From an uncultured Candidatus Saccharibacteria bacterium (lineage in GTDB: Bacteria; Patescibacteriota; Minisyncoccia; Phycocordibacterales; Phycocordibacteraceae): a stretch of DNA of 43,527 nt. The DNA is taken from contig CAYWQN010000002.1 in the NCBI GenBank assembly GCA_964460875.1, positions 1 through 43,527 on the forward strand, written 5' to 3'. Positions within the stretch are counted from its first letter, which is position 1. Every line of letters starts with the position of its first letter. Shown here one piece after another: positions 8,045 through 18,162 of the stretch. Both the position numbers and the translations under genes were made by a program. The notes beneath the pieces are model-generated. The model had not been told where the DNA came from and did no database searches. It was given only the letters and a program-made list of their open reading frames with translations.

Positions 8045-9370
8045 ATGACGGAGCGAATTCTGATAGGCGAGCTCGGCTCGCACGTGGGCGAGACGGTCTC
8101 TATTTCGGGCTGGGTGGACGTTCGCCGCGACCAGGGAAAGATGGTGTTCTTCGATTTCCGCGACCGCTCGGGCCTTGTCCAGGGCGTGGTGCTTCCGGGG
8201 AGCGAAGCCTTGGAAACAGCGAAGGAAACCCGCCAGGAGTACGTGGTTTCGATTTCCGGCATCGTGAACAAGCGTCCGGAGAAGAACGTCCAGGCCGGAA
8301 AGCAGAACGGCGATATCGAACTTGAAGTGAAAGGCATCGAGATACTGTCGAAAGCGCAGGAGCTGCCGTTTGATAAGGACACGGACCTCAATATCGACAC
8401 TCGCTTCGACTACCGGCCGTTCACGATGCGAAGTTCCCGCGACCGCGATATCTTCACGGTCCAGGCCACTATCCTGGACGCATACCGCAATTCATTGAAG
8501 CGACAGGGCCTGACTGAGTTCGTCGCACCCGCGCTCGTGGGCGGCGACGCAGAAGGCGGTGCTGCAGTCTTCAAGGTCGGCTACTACTACGACCAGACCG
8601 CATACCTCGCGACGAGCCCTCAGCTCTATAAGCAGATCATGGTCGGCGCCTTCGAGCGCGTGTTCACCATCGCCAAAATCTTCCGCGCTGAAAAAAGCGC
8701 GACCACCCGCCATCTTTCCGAGCTCACTCAGATGGATTTCGAAATGGGCTTCATCAAGGACGAGTTCGACGTCATGCAGGTCCTTGAGAATGTCATCCGC
8801 GACGTCGTGAAGGAAGTGGGGGAAAAGCATCCGGCAGAATTCGCGCGCCTTGGCGCCGAAGTGCCGCATGTCGGAACGAAATTCCCGATACTCTCCCTCA
8901 CAGAAGCGCATAAGACGCTCGGCGTCGCTCCGGAAGACGACATGACGCCGGAGCATGAGCGCGATATCTGTGCATGGGCTCTCAAGGAGCATGACAGCGA
9001 TTTCGTGTTCATCACGAAGTTCCCGACCAATGCCCGCGCCTTCTACACCATGGGCGAACCGGGAGGAGAATCACGCGGGTTCGATCTCTTGTTCCGCGGC
9101 CTTGAAATTAACTCGGGCGCCCAGCGCATCCATGATTACGACGAAATGGTAAAGCGCATCGAAGAGCGCGGCATGGACCCGAAGAAATTCGCGTTCTACC
9201 TCCAAGCCTTCAAGTACGGCATGCCGCCGCACGGCGGCTGCTCGACAGGTCTTGAGCGCCTCACCGGCCGCATGCTCAACCTGGGGAATGTGAAGGAGGC
9301 ATCCGCATTCCCGCGCGATATGAACCGCATCGACACCCTCTTGTCAGGAAGCGAAGAAAAACTCCCGTAA
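8045..9370 (+). CDS. aspS: Aspartate--tRNA ligase, short archaeal/eukaryal-type
   Basis: 441 aa from ATG 8045. OB-fold segment (GWVDVRRDQGKMVFFDFRDRSG) and class II motifs (FRAEKS, GMPPHGGCSTGLERL). There is no bacterial-type insertion domain at this length. TGCTATTTT lies 8 nt upstream of ATG 8045; the track start GTG 8027 is less likely. Confidence 0.9.
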   Translation: MTERILIGELGSHVGETVSISGWVDVRRDQGKMVFFDFRDRSGLVQGVVLPGSEALETAKETRQEYVVSISGIVNKRPEKNVQAGKQNGDIELEVKGIEILSKAQELPFDKDTDLNIDTRFDYRPFTMRSSRDRDIFTVQATILDAYRNSLKRQGLTEFVAPALVGGDAEGGAAVFKVGYYYDQTAYLATSPQLYKQIMVGAFERVFTIAKIFRAEKSATTRHLSELTQMDFEMGFIKDEFDVMQVLENVIRDVVKEVGEKHPAEFARLGAEVPHVGTKFPILSLTEAHKTLGVAPEDDMTPEHERDICAWALKEHDSDFVFITKFPTNARAFYTMGEPGGESRGFDLLFRGLEINSGAQRIHDYDEMVKRIEERGMDPKKFAFYLQAFKYGMPPHGGCSTGLERLTGRMLNLGNVKEASAFPRDMNRIDTLLSGSEEKLP

Positions 9371-9373
9371 CGT

Positions 9374-10336
9374 ATGGCAACCCTCAAAGAGCTCTACGAC
9401 ATCGCGGTACAGGCAGGCATCGACGCAGACCCGCGCGGACGCGTCGGCGTCGAAAAAGTGCTCGCGCGCCGCACGAAGGAATTCGGGGCGTTGTCTGAAG
9501 CGAAGAAAAAAGAATACGATCAGGAGGATTTGTGGGATCCGTACATCGATTCCGGCATTCTCGCGGGGAATCCCGACGGCGAGGTGAAGAAAATAATGGC
9601 CGGCATCGACATCGATACGGGCGAAGTGGCCGTCGCCGGCATATTGAACGACCGGGGCGCGAAAATTGACGCGCTGGTCGCCCACCATCCTCAGGCTACG
9701 GGCTACGCCGCTCTTCACGAGGTCATGGAGATGCAGTCGGAGAACCTGACGCGCTACGGCGTGCCTATCAACATCGCCGAAGGCGTCATGCGCGAGCGCA
9801 TCGATGAAGTGGCGCGCAAGCTCTCTCCGCGCAACCACACGCAGGCGGTCGACGCCGCGCGCCTCTTGGGACTTTCGTTCATGGCGACGCATACCATGGC
9901 CGACAACATGGTGTTCGACTTCCTCGAGAAGCTCTTTACCGCGCGCGGCGCCGAGACTGTCGGCGATGTGATGGCGATATTGAAAGAAATCCCGGAATAT
10001 CAGGAAGCGATGAAAGGGAAGGCAGGCCCGATGCTGTTCGCAGGAAGCGAAAAGAACAAAGCCGGAAAAATCGCCCCGCTTGAGATTACGGGCGGCACCG
10101 AAGGATCCCACCTCATCTATGAGAAGCTCGCGCACGCGGGCGTTGGCACAATCATCGGCATGCATGCGTCTGAAGAGCACCGCAAAGAAGCGCAGAAATA
10201 TCATCTGAACCTTGTCATTGCCGGCCACATGAGCTCGGACTCAATCGGCATGAATCTCATTCTCGACAAGTTCGAGGCGAAGGGAGTGGAAATCGTGGCG
10301 TCCTCAGGCTTCATCCGCGTAAGCCGCAACAAATAG
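9374..10336 (+). CDS. Nif3-like dinuclear metal centre protein (GTP cyclohydrolase 1 type 2 homologue family)
   Basis: IDALVAHHP, MATHTMADN and the C-terminal LVIAGHMSSD histidine clusters are typical of the NIF3/YbgI family. Confidence 0.65.
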   Translation: MATLKELYDIAVQAGIDADPRGRVGVEKVLARRTKEFGALSEAKKKEYDQEDLWDPYIDSGILAGNPDGEVKKIMAGIDIDTGEVAVAGILNDRGAKIDALVAHHPQATGYAALHEVMEMQSENLTRYGVPINIAEGVMRERIDEVARKLSPRNHTQAVDAARLLGLSFMATHTMADNMVFDFLEKLFTARGAETVGDVMAILKEIPEYQEAMKGKAGPMLFAGSEKNKAGKIAPLEITGGTEGSHLIYEKLAHAGVGTIIGMHASEEHRKEAQKYHLNLVIAGHMSSDSIGMNLILDKFEAKGVEIVASSGFIRVSRNK

Positions 10337-10340
10337 GCGC

Positions 10341-11084
10341 ATGGAAGTCCTGACCGTCCACAACAACAACTACACGGTCCGGACCCCGGCCTTCGAAGGC
10401 CCGTTCGGTCTTCTTTTGGAGCTTATCGAGAAGCGGAAGCTCTCCGTCTCCGACCTATCTCTCTCGCAGGTCACCGATGATTTCATACAGCACGTGCGGA
10501 GCCTCGCAGACTTCCCGATGGAAGACGCCGCGGAATTCATCCAGGTGGCAGCGACCCTGCTTCTCATAAAATCCCGCTCGCTCATCCCGGACCTCGAGCT
10601 CTCCGGGGAAGAAGAGCAGGATGTCGATGACCTGAAGCGGCGCCTCGTGGCCTATGAGCGCGCCCGGGAGGCCGCCAAGGAGCTCGGCCGCCTGTTCGGC
10701 CGATCCGTGATGGTGTCGGCAGGGGAGCGCGCGCCTGACGTGATGTTCTCGCCCGCCAAAGACATGACGCTCGCCGCGCTCGAAGCTGCGCTTCGGAGCG
10801 CTTTGGCAGAGCTCGAGAAAGAGGAGCAGCTTCCGGAAGCCCGCGTGAAGCCGATGGTCACCATCGAAGAAATGATGGACCGATTGCTTACGCGCGTGCA
10901 GAGCGCAATCACCATGTCGTTCAAAGATTTTTCCGGAGACGCAAAAGAGAAGGTTGAGGTCATCGTATCCTTCCTCGCGCTTCTCGAACTGGTGAAGCAG
11001 GGCGCGGTCGACGTCGCCCAGCACGAGACCTTCTCGGACATTCGCATTACGAATACCTCCGCAGAAACTCCCAAGTACGGATAA
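10341..11084 (+). CDS. scpA: Segregation and condensation protein A
   Basis: N-terminal FEGPFGLLLELIEKRKLSVSDLSLSQVTDDF signature of ScpA kleisins. scpB lies nearby. Confidence 0.85.
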   Translation: MEVLTVHNNNYTVRTPAFEGPFGLLLELIEKRKLSVSDLSLSQVTDDFIQHVRSLADFPMEDAAEFIQVAATLLLIKSRSLIPDLELSGEEEQDVDDLKRRLVAYERAREAAKELGRLFGRSVMVSAGERAPDVMFSPAKDMTLAALEAALRSALAELEKEEQLPEARVKPMVTIEEMMDRLLTRVQSAITMSFKDFSGDAKEKVEVIVSFLALLELVKQGAVDVAQHETFSDIRITNTSAETPKYG

Positions 11085-11090
11085 AAAGAA

Positions 11091-11119
11091 ACGGGCTGCG
11101 CGAATGACGCGCAGCCCGT
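11091..11119. terminator. Hairpin terminator shared by the convergent scpA and 11125-11778 genes
   Basis: 12-bp perfect stem ACGGGCTGCGCG / CGCGCAGCCCGT with loop AATGA. The A-rich upstream flank gives a U tract for the minus-strand transcript. Confidence 0.6.
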
Positions 11120-11124
11120 CGGCA

Positions 11125-11778
11125 CTAGCTGAAGTACCACCACACCCATGCAAGGGTGACCACTATCCACGAGAGCCCGTTGGGGACCTCGCTCACGAGC
11201 GAGCCGAGCCGGTTTTTATCCCAGCCTGCTTCTCTCACGGAGAGGATCAGCTGGCCGAGCCTCGACCAGATGGTGATATGGCCTGCACCTATCGCAATGA
11301 GCGACATGCCCGCGCCGCCGACCAGCAGGATATTCCACGCAAGGATGAGCTGAGGCACCGCCTTGAACCAGACGGCGAGCCAGCCTTTCACGAGCGGGTC
11401 CTTGAATGATCGGTTTCGGAGAGCGCCGATGAGGAGCGTAGCGGCGACGCCTATCAAGACGAGCACGGCCGTAAGCGTGTCGCGATCGTTCCAGCTCCAT
11501 GAGTTCCGAAGAACCAGGCAAGCCAGATCAAGCGCGATCATTACGGTCCATACTGCGTATGACCAGAGCGTTTGAATCGTTATGCGGCTTGGCTGCGCAT
11601 CGTGAGCGCGCCACGCCAGCCACAGATTCAAGAGCAGGAATATTTCCCATGCCCCGAACCAGCTCGCACTGACTCCTTCGGTGGAAGTCAACAACTGCGC
11701 GAACTGGCTGCCGCCTGACACTGCCGCGAACCCGATTTGCATCAGGAACAGCAGGTCGGCAACGACCTTTTTGGACAC
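11125..11778 (-). CDS. Hypothetical polytopic membrane protein (217 aa)
   Basis: Several Trp-rich hydrophobic segments. GGGAGG lies just upstream of the ATG. No family recognised. Confidence 0.65.
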   Translation of the reverse strand: MSKKVVADLLFLMQIGFAAVSGGSQFAQLLTSTEGVSASWFGAWEIFLLLNLWLAWRAHDAQPSRITIQTLWSYAVWTVMIALDLACLVLRNSWSWNDRDTLTAVLVLIGVAATLLIGALRNRSFKDPLVKGWLAVWFKAVPQLILAWNILLVGGAGMSLIAIGAGHITIWSRLGQLILSVREAGWDKNRLGSLVSEVPNGLSWIVVTLAWVWWYFS

Positions 11779-11919
11779 ATGAACCTCCCGTGTCTAGAGG
11801 AATGGAAAGGACGTTCGTTTTTATAAAAACATTAAAATATACATAGGTCAAATATCCGCTGGACTTTCCCCGAATCATGCTTTCCCGTGCACGCAATTAA
11901 GGCTATTCTGTAGCTATCT

Positions 11920-12474
11920 ATGGCACTGACTCCTCCAGCCACTCTCGAGGCTATCCTCTTCGCGTCCGGCGAGCCGGTGTCAAAGAAGCGCCTGGCGCAG
12001 CTTCTTGAGGTGACGCCGGCCTTGCTCGACCAGGCCGCTGAGGTTCTGCGCAACCAGCTCGCGGGGCGCGGGCTCTCTTTGGTTGAGACCGAGAACCACA
12101 TCGAGCTGCGCACTTCCGCTGACGCAGCTCCAATCATCAAGAAGCTCCGCGAAGCCGAACTTGCGCGCGACCTCGGGAAGGCAGGCCTCGAGACCTTGGC
12201 GCTCATCTTGTATCGCGGCGGCGCGACCCGCGGCGAAATCGACTGGGTGCGCGGCGTGAACTCTTCCGCGACCGTGCGCTCGCTGCTGCTTCGCGGCCTT
12301 ATCGAAAAGACCGAAGACTCTGAAGACAAGCGCCGTCCGCGCTACAAGCCGACGGTCGACGCGCTCGCGCATCTCGGGCTTGAGACCATGGAGCAGCTTC
12401 CCAATTATGCCGAGCTTTCCGCTATACTCTCCGGTAAGGAAGAGAAGAGAAGCGAAGAATCTGTCGAGCTATGA
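11920..12474 (+). CDS. scpB: Segregation and condensation protein B
   Basis: LEAILFASGEPVSKKRLAQLL followed by ALILYRGGATRGEIDWVRGVNS: the tandem winged-helix ScpB pattern. Confidence 0.85.
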   Translation: MALTPPATLEAILFASGEPVSKKRLAQLLEVTPALLDQAAEVLRNQLAGRGLSLVETENHIELRTSADAAPIIKKLREAELARDLGKAGLETLALILYRGGATRGEIDWVRGVNSSATVRSLLLRGLIEKTEDSEDKRRPRYKPTVDALAHLGLETMEQLPNYAELSAILSGKEEKRSEESVEL

Positions 12475-13436
12475 GCATGCAACACCTCAAACATCTTATC
12501 GAAGAGATAGAGCAGCGACGCAAGCGTCGCTACTTCTACCAGCTCGGTCTGGCCGCGCTCGCGGGCCTTGCGCTTATCGGCACGGGCGCAGCGGTCATGC
12601 CGTTCCTGTCCGCGCCAGCTCCGGTAGCGGAGCTTCCGGCGGCAGACACGTCTTCGGCCTACGACTCTGTGAAGCTCTCTGCAAAAGCAGCCATCGTGTA
12701 CGACCTCACGACAGGCGATGTGCTTTATCAGAAGAATGCGGAAGCGCAGCTGCCGCTTGCGTCCCTCACCAAGCTTTTGACACTGTATGCCGCCTCTGAC
12801 GCCTTAACCGCGGACGCTCCCGTCGTCATTACCTCCAAGGCGCTCGCGATAGAAGGCGAGAGCGGTTTCCGCGAAGGCGACACGTTTACCTTTACCGATG
12901 CTGCGCGGCTCGCGCTTGTCGCGAGCTCGAACGACGCTGCCGAAGCCATCGCAGAAGCCGCGACGAAAGTGCAGCACGCGCCTAACAGCACCTCGCTGCT
13001 CGCCTCCGCCGCAAGCTCCATCGGCCTTACGCAGACGTATGCGCTGAACGGCACCGGCCTTGATGAGAACGGGGAGATTTCGGGAGGCTACGGCTCGGCG
13101 CACGACATCGCGCTTCTGGCCGCCGCACTGCTGCGGCGCATCCCGGGCATCATGCATGCCTCGATGGACTCCTCGGTGACCGCAACGACGCTCAATGGTT
13201 CCTCGTATACGCTTAAGAATACGAACCCTGAGGTGACGCGCATCCCGGGCCTCATGCTCTCGAAGACCGGCTACACGGACCTGGCCGGCGGAAACCTCGC
13301 TGTCGTGTTCGACGCCGGACTCGGACACCCTATCGCGGTCGTCGTGCTCGGCTCCACCCGGGACGAGCGCTTCTCTGACGTGGATCGCCTCGTAAAAGCA
13401 ACAGGGGAGCAATTCGCCGGCCTGCGCCTTCCATGA
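12471..13436 (+). CDS. D-alanyl-D-alanine carboxypeptidase (S11 penicillin-binding protein)
   Basis: SxxK (ASLTKLLT), SxN (SSNDAA) and KTG (SKTGYTD) active-site triad, plus an N-terminal membrane anchor. The ATG overlaps the scpB stop (ATGA). Confidence 0.85.
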   Translation: MSMQHLKHLIEEIEQRRKRRYFYQLGLAALAGLALIGTGAAVMPFLSAPAPVAELPAADTSSAYDSVKLSAKAAIVYDLTTGDVLYQKNAEAQLPLASLTKLLTLYAASDALTADAPVVITSKALAIEGESGFREGDTFTFTDAARLALVASSNDAAEAIAEAATKVQHAPNSTSLLASAASSIGLTQTYALNGTGLDENGEISGGYGSAHDIALLAAALLRRIPGIMHASMDSSVTATTLNGSSYTLKNTNPEVTRIPGLMLSKTGYTDLAGGNLAVVFDAGLGHPIAVVVLGSTRDERFSDVDRLVKATGEQFAGLRLP

Positions 13437-14494
13437 TTCTTGATGCAGCCAGAGTTTTAATTCCGTTCGTCGTTTCGTTCACGTTCGGCGTCTTGCTTGC
13501 GCCGGTCCTGACGCACTACCTCTATAAGCACAAAGCCTGGAAGAAAAAGGCGGGGAAGGGGAACGGCATGGGAGACAATGCCGGAACCCCACTCTTCGAT
13601 GAGCTCCATGCCGTACGGGAGACGTCGGCGCCAAGGATGGGCGGCATCATCGTGTGGGGCTCGGTGACGCTCGCTGCGCTCCTGTTCGTCTTCCTCGCGT
13701 ATTTTTACGACAGCGTATGGAGCGATCTCGACTTCGTGAACCGCGGCCAGACCTGGCTACCGCTCTTCGCTCTCTTGGCTGGCGGCGCCGTCGGGCTTAT
13801 CGATGACTTCCTCGAGATAACGAAAAGCAAAGGAGGACTGGCGCTCCCCTGGCGGCTCATCATCGTCTCGCTCCTGGGTGCGTTCGCAGGTTGGTGGTTC
13901 TACGACAAGCTCGACATAAGCGCGGTCGGCATTCCGTTCCTGGGGCCCCTGCCGCTCGGTGTTCTCTTCATTCCGTTTTTCATACTCGTGACGCTCGCCA
14001 TATACGCCTCCGGCGTCATCGACGGCATCGACGGGCTCGCCGGCGGCATCTTCGCCATCGTCTTCATGGCATACGCCGGCATCGCCTTCGCGCAGAACCA
14101 GATAGCGCTTTCGGCGTTCGCCGCAGCTACTTCGGGCGCCATATTCGCGTTCCTCTGGTTCAACGTGCCGCCTGCGCGTTTTTACTTATCAGAGACCGGC
14201 ACCATGGCGCTTACGCTTGCGCTTACGGTGACTGCGTTTTCGGCTGACGTGCTCGGAGAAGGAGTGGGCGTCGCCGTGCTTCCTATCATCGCACTTCCGC
14301 TTTCGGCCACCGTCGCAACAAGCGCGCTCCAGGTGTTTTGGAAGATGGTATTCAAGAAAAAGCTGTTCCGCATCGCCCCTATACACCACCACTTCGAGGC
14401 GGTCGGCTGGCCCTCCTACAAGGTGACGATGCGCTACTGGATAATCACCATTATCGCCTCGGTGTTCGGTCTCGCCATCGCGCTCCTCAAGTAG
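13433..14494 (+). CDS. mraY: Phospho-N-acetylmuramoyl-pentapeptide transferase
   Basis: Polytopic membrane protein with GLIDDFLEI, VIDGIDGLAGG and APIHHHFE motifs. Confidence 0.93.
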   Translation: MILDAARVLIPFVVSFTFGVLLAPVLTHYLYKHKAWKKKAGKGNGMGDNAGTPLFDELHAVRETSAPRMGGIIVWGSVTLAALLFVFLAYFYDSVWSDLDFVNRGQTWLPLFALLAGGAVGLIDDFLEITKSKGGLALPWRLIIVSLLGAFAGWWFYDKLDISAVGIPFLGPLPLGVLFIPFFILVTLAIYASGVIDGIDGLAGGIFAIVFMAYAGIAFAQNQIALSAFAAATSGAIFAFLWFNVPPARFYLSETGTMALTLALTVTAFSADVLGEGVGVAVLPIIALPLSATVATSALQVFWKMVFKKKLFRIAPIHHHFEAVGWPSYKVTMRYWIITIIASVFGLAIALLK

Positions 14495-14514
14495 TGGTAC
14501 GGTATAGTTAGCTG

Positions 14515-15624
14515 ATGCGCAGCATCTCCGGCGATCGGCTCTTTTTCCTCATCGTCATCATTCTGGTGGTCGGCGGCATAGCGATGTTCGCCTCCGCGTC
14601 TCTCGGCCTCCTCGCGCGCGCCGGCGACTCTCCCTGGAAGCTCGCGTTCACCCAGCTCATGCTCGGACTTGTGCCCGGCGTCGCCGCGCTTGTCGCCATA
14701 CGCTACGCGCCTCTTGCGTGGATTCAAAAAGCCGCGCCGCTTCTCTATATCGGAAGCATCGGCCTTACTGCGCTTGTGTTCGTCCCGGGCATCGGCGCCC
14801 GGCTTAATGGCGCCTCGCGCTGGATAGATCTCGGATTTACTACCGTGCAGCCGGCGGAATTCCTCAAGATTGGCGTCATTCTCATGCTCGCGTGGTACTT
14901 GGCAAAGATGAAAGGGAAGCTCGACGACTTCCGCACCGGCCTCATCCCGTTCGGCATCATCGTCGGAATCCCGTCCATCATGCTTCTCTTGCAGCCGAAC
15001 ACGTCGACCGTGATGGTCATGGGACTTACGGCGCTGGCGCTCTATGTGCTCGCCGGAGGCCCTTGGCGCGACGTGTTGGTGATGCTTGCAGGCGCGGTGG
15101 TCGTACTTGCCATACTCGTCGCGCAGCGGCCCTACCTCATGAGCCGGGTAGCCACCTTCATGAACCCTTCGGATAACTCGCTTACGTCCGGGTATCAGAT
15201 TCAGCAGTCATTAATCGCGGTGGGCTCGGGCGGATTCGCCGGTCGGGGCTTCGGGCAGAGCGCACAGAAATTCAACTACCTGCCGGAAGCCCAGGGGGAC
15301 TCGGTGTTCGCGGTGTATAGCGAGGAATTCGGCTTCGTCGGGTCCGTGTTCATGGTGCTTCTCTTCGTCGGGTTCGCGATGCGCGGGTTCGCTATAGCCG
15401 CAGACGCTTCTACCGTGTTCGGATCATTAGCCGCCACGGGCCTCACGCTTCTCATTTCGCTTTCTGCATTTCTCAATATCGGAGCTATGCTTGCCATTCT
15501 TCCTTTGACGGGCCTTCCGCTCCCGTTCGTTTCTCACGGCGGCACTGCGCTCCTTATCGCACTTGCGTCAGTAGGCGTTATCTTGAATGTCGCAGCGCAT
15601 CGCAAACAGGCAAAACGCGCATAG
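14515..15624 (+). CDS. ftsW: SEDS-family peptidoglycan glycosyltransferase FtsW/RodA
   Basis: About 10 TM segments. Motifs QPAEFLKI, GDSVFAVYSEEFGFVG and LPLPFVSHGGT. TATAGT lies 6 nt upstream of the ATG. Confidence 0.88.
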   Translation: MRSISGDRLFFLIVIILVVGGIAMFASASLGLLARAGDSPWKLAFTQLMLGLVPGVAALVAIRYAPLAWIQKAAPLLYIGSIGLTALVFVPGIGARLNGASRWIDLGFTTVQPAEFLKIGVILMLAWYLAKMKGKLDDFRTGLIPFGIIVGIPSIMLLLQPNTSTVMVMGLTALALYVLAGGPWRDVLVMLAGAVVVLAILVAQRPYLMSRVATFMNPSDNSLTSGYQIQQSLIAVGSGGFAGRGFGQSAQKFNYLPEAQGDSVFAVYSEEFGFVGSVFMVLLFVGFAMRGFAIAADASTVFGSLAATGLTLLISLSAFLNIGAMLAILPLTGLPLPFVSHGGTALLIALASVGVILNVAAHRKQAKRA

Positions 15625-15668
15625 CTGCAGAGTTTTTCAGCCACGTTCTCGTGTTATAATCCTTTGAA

Positions 15669-16829
15669 ATGAAGATTGTATTCACGGGAGGGGGCACCGG
15701 CGGCCATTTCTATCCGCTTATCGCGGTGGCCGAGCAGGTGCGCGCCATAGCGCGCGAGCGCCGGCTCGTGGCCCCGAAGCTGTACTACGTAGCGCCGAGC
15801 GCATTCGACACCGACGCGCTTTTTGAGAACGAAATGGTATTCATAGGCTGCCCGGCGGGGAAGTGGCGACGCTATTTCTCCCTCCAGAATTTCTCGGACC
15901 TGTTCGTCTCTGCAAGCGGATTCGTATCAGCCCTGCTCACCCTCTTCCGCATCTACCCGGATGTCGTCTTCTCCAAGGGCGGCTACGCCTCCGTGCCGGT
16001 AGTGCTCGCCGCGCGCGTCCTCGGCATACCGGTATTCATCCACGAGTCGGACGCGAAGCCGGGGAAGGCGAACATCATGGCCTCGTCATTCGCCTATCGC
16101 ATCGCCGTCGCCTTCGACAGCGCCGTCGCCTTCTTCCCAGCGAAGGTGCGCGACCGCGTCGCGCGCACGGGCATTCCCATTCGCGCCGCCATCATGATGC
16201 CGGAGCCCGAAGGCGCAGCCCAGGAGCTTTCCCTTGACCCGACGGTCCCTACAGTCCTTATTCTCGGCGGCTCTTCAGGCGCGCGCGCCGTAAACGACGT
16301 TGTGCTCTCAGGACTCGCGGAGCTTGTAGACGCAGCGAACATCATCCATCAGACAGGGAAGGACAACTTCGCGGGGGTTTCGGGCACGGCAAAAGTCATT
16401 CTCGAAAAAAGCGCCTCTGCGCAGCGATATCATCCGTTCGCGTATCTCAATACGCTATCCATGCGCCGCGCATCAGGCGCCGCCGATCTCATTATTTCCC
16501 GAGCTGGCATGACGTCCGTCGCGGAAATCGCGCTCTGGAAGAAACCAGCCATCCTCATCCCGATTCCCGAGTCCGTGAGCCATGATCAGCGCACCAACGC
16601 CTACGCCTACGCCCATACGGGCGCGGCTGTCGTCCTTGAAGAGCAGAATCTTTCCCCGCACGTCCTTGTATCCGAAGTCCGCCGCATATTGGGCGACGCG
16701 GCGCTTCGCGCTGATATGAGCGCGAAGAGCTCAACGTTCGCGAATGCGGACGCCGGCCGCATCATCGCGGAAGAGCTCATCACCCTGGGCCTCTCCCATG
16801 AGCCGCAGGCGTCGTCTGCGCAGATATAA
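15669..16829 (+). CDS. murG: UDP-N-acetylglucosamine--N-acetylmuramyl-(pentapeptide) pyrophosphoryl-undecaprenol GlcNAc transferase
   Basis: N-terminal GGGTGGHFYP loop and C-terminal ISRAGMTSVAEI...HDQRTNA motifs. Confidence 0.9.
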   Translation: MKIVFTGGGTGGHFYPLIAVAEQVRAIARERRLVAPKLYYVAPSAFDTDALFENEMVFIGCPAGKWRRYFSLQNFSDLFVSASGFVSALLTLFRIYPDVVFSKGGYASVPVVLAARVLGIPVFIHESDAKPGKANIMASSFAYRIAVAFDSAVAFFPAKVRDRVARTGIPIRAAIMMPEPEGAAQELSLDPTVPTVLILGGSSGARAVNDVVLSGLAELVDAANIIHQTGKDNFAGVSGTAKVILEKSASAQRYHPFAYLNTLSMRRASGAADLIISRAGMTSVAEIALWKKPAILIPIPESVSHDQRTNAYAYAHTGAAVVLEEQNLSPHVLVSEVRRILGDAALRADMSAKSSTFANADAGRIIAEELITLGLSHEPQASSAQI

Positions 16830-16833
16830 TCCT

Positions 16834-18162
16834 ATGGACGTCGTCACCCGCATCCCACCTTCGCCAACCGGCCGCCTCCATATCGGCACCGCGCGCACAG
16901 CGCTTTTCAATTACCTCTTTGCCCGGCGCAACGGGGGGAAGGTGATATTCCGAAGCGAAGACACGGACCGCGTCCGAAGCAAGAAAGAATTCGAGGAAGA
17001 AATCATCGAAGGCCTCAAGTGGCTCGGCTTGTCTCACGACGGGGAGATTATCCGCCAGAGCGAGCGGAGCGAGCGATACGGGGAGCTTTTGCAGAGCGTT
17101 ATCGCGTCAGGCAAAGCCTATGTTTCCAAAGAGCCGGCAAAAGACGATCCAGAAAGAGAAGTGGAAGTCATTCGGCTCAGGAATCCCGGGGTGGAAGTAA
17201 TATTCGAAGACGCTATTCGTGGTCCTATCAATACGCATACGGGCGACCTTGGCGACTTCGTGATTGCACGCTCAGTTACCGACGCGCTCTATCACTTCGC
17301 CGTGGTCGTTGACGACTACGACGGGGGAGTGACGCACGTTATCCGCGGCGAAGACCATATTTCCAATACCGCGCGCCAAATTCTCATTCAAGAAGCGCTC
17401 GGGTTCCCGCGCCCTGTGTATGCGCACCTGCCGTTAATTCTCGCGCCGGACCGTTCGAAGATGAGCAAGCGCCATGGCGCAGTCTCCGTCCTTGAGTACC
17501 GCCAGGACGGATTCCTGCCGGAAGCCATCATCAACTACTTGGCGCTCCTCGGCTGGAACCAGGGCGACGACCGCGAAGACTTCTCGCTCGCAGAACTCGT
17601 CGATGCGTTCGATCTTTCCCACGTGCACAAGTCCGGCGCCATATTCGACATGGTGAAGTTCAAGAACGTGAACCAGCGCTGGATGCGCAAGCTTACCGAT
17701 GAGGAATACATAAGCCGCGGCGCGCTCGCCGACAATGACCCGCGTGTGCTGAAGGCCGTGCCGCTGTTGAAAGACCGCGCAACGACGTTCGCAGAAGCCC
17801 GCGACATGCTCTCCGGCGAGCTTGCCTGCCTCTTTACGGCTCCGACCCCGGACGCCGCCACTCTTGCGAAGAAGGAGCCAGAAGGCGCACTAGGCTGCAC
17901 AAAAGCGCTTCTTGAAGGCATCGTGCCCTTGATACAGGCGCTTCCGGCGGATGCATCGTCCGACGTGGTGAAAGACACCCTCATGCCGTACGCCGACGCG
18001 GAGGAAGCGAAACAGAAAGGCGGACGCGGCGCCGTGCTCTGGCCGCTTCGCTACGCATTGTCGGGCGCTGAGCGGTCACCGGACCCGTTTACGCTCGTCT
18101 CCATACTAGGCGCAAAGGAATCTGTCGCACGCCTTCATAAAGCCCTTGCTATACTGAAATAA
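16834..18162 (+). CDS. gltX: Glutamate--tRNA ligase
   Basis: RIPPSPTGRLHIGTARTALFNY (HIGH) and KMSKRHG (KMSKS). The track start 16744 lies inside murG; ATG 16834 gives the canonical N-terminus. Confidence 0.9.
   Translation: MDVVTRIPPSPTGRLHIGTARTALFNYLFARRNGGKVIFRSEDTDRVRSKKEFEEEIIEGLKWLGLSHDGEIIRQSERSERYGELLQSVIASGKAYVSKEPAKDDPEREVEVIRLRNPGVEVIFEDAIRGPINTHTGDLGDFVIARSVTDALYHFAVVVDDYDGGVTHVIRGEDHISNTARQILIQEALGFPRPVYAHLPLILAPDRSKMSKRHGAVSVLEYRQDGFLPEAIINYLALLGWNQGDDREDFSLAELVDAFDLSHVHKSGAIFDMVKFKNVNQRWMRKLTDEEYISRGALADNDPRVLKAVPLLKDRATTFAEARDMLSGELACLFTAPTPDAATLAKKEPEGALGCTKALLEGIVPLIQALPADASSDVVKDTLMPYADAEEAKQKGGRGAVLWPLRYALSGAERSPDPFTLVSILGAKESVARLHKALAILK

Noticed and set aside
16825-16830. 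TATAAT just upstream of gltX as another leaderless promoter
   Set aside because: It lies only 3 nt from the ATG, too close for transcription to start at or before the start codon. gltX is more likely co-transcribed with murG.
16744-16833. Upstream extension of gltX overlapping the murG 3' end
   Set aside because: The Arg/Ser/Pro-rich translation is typical of an out-of-frame read through a GC-rich gene. ATG 16834 yields the standard GluRS N-terminus just before the HIGH motif.
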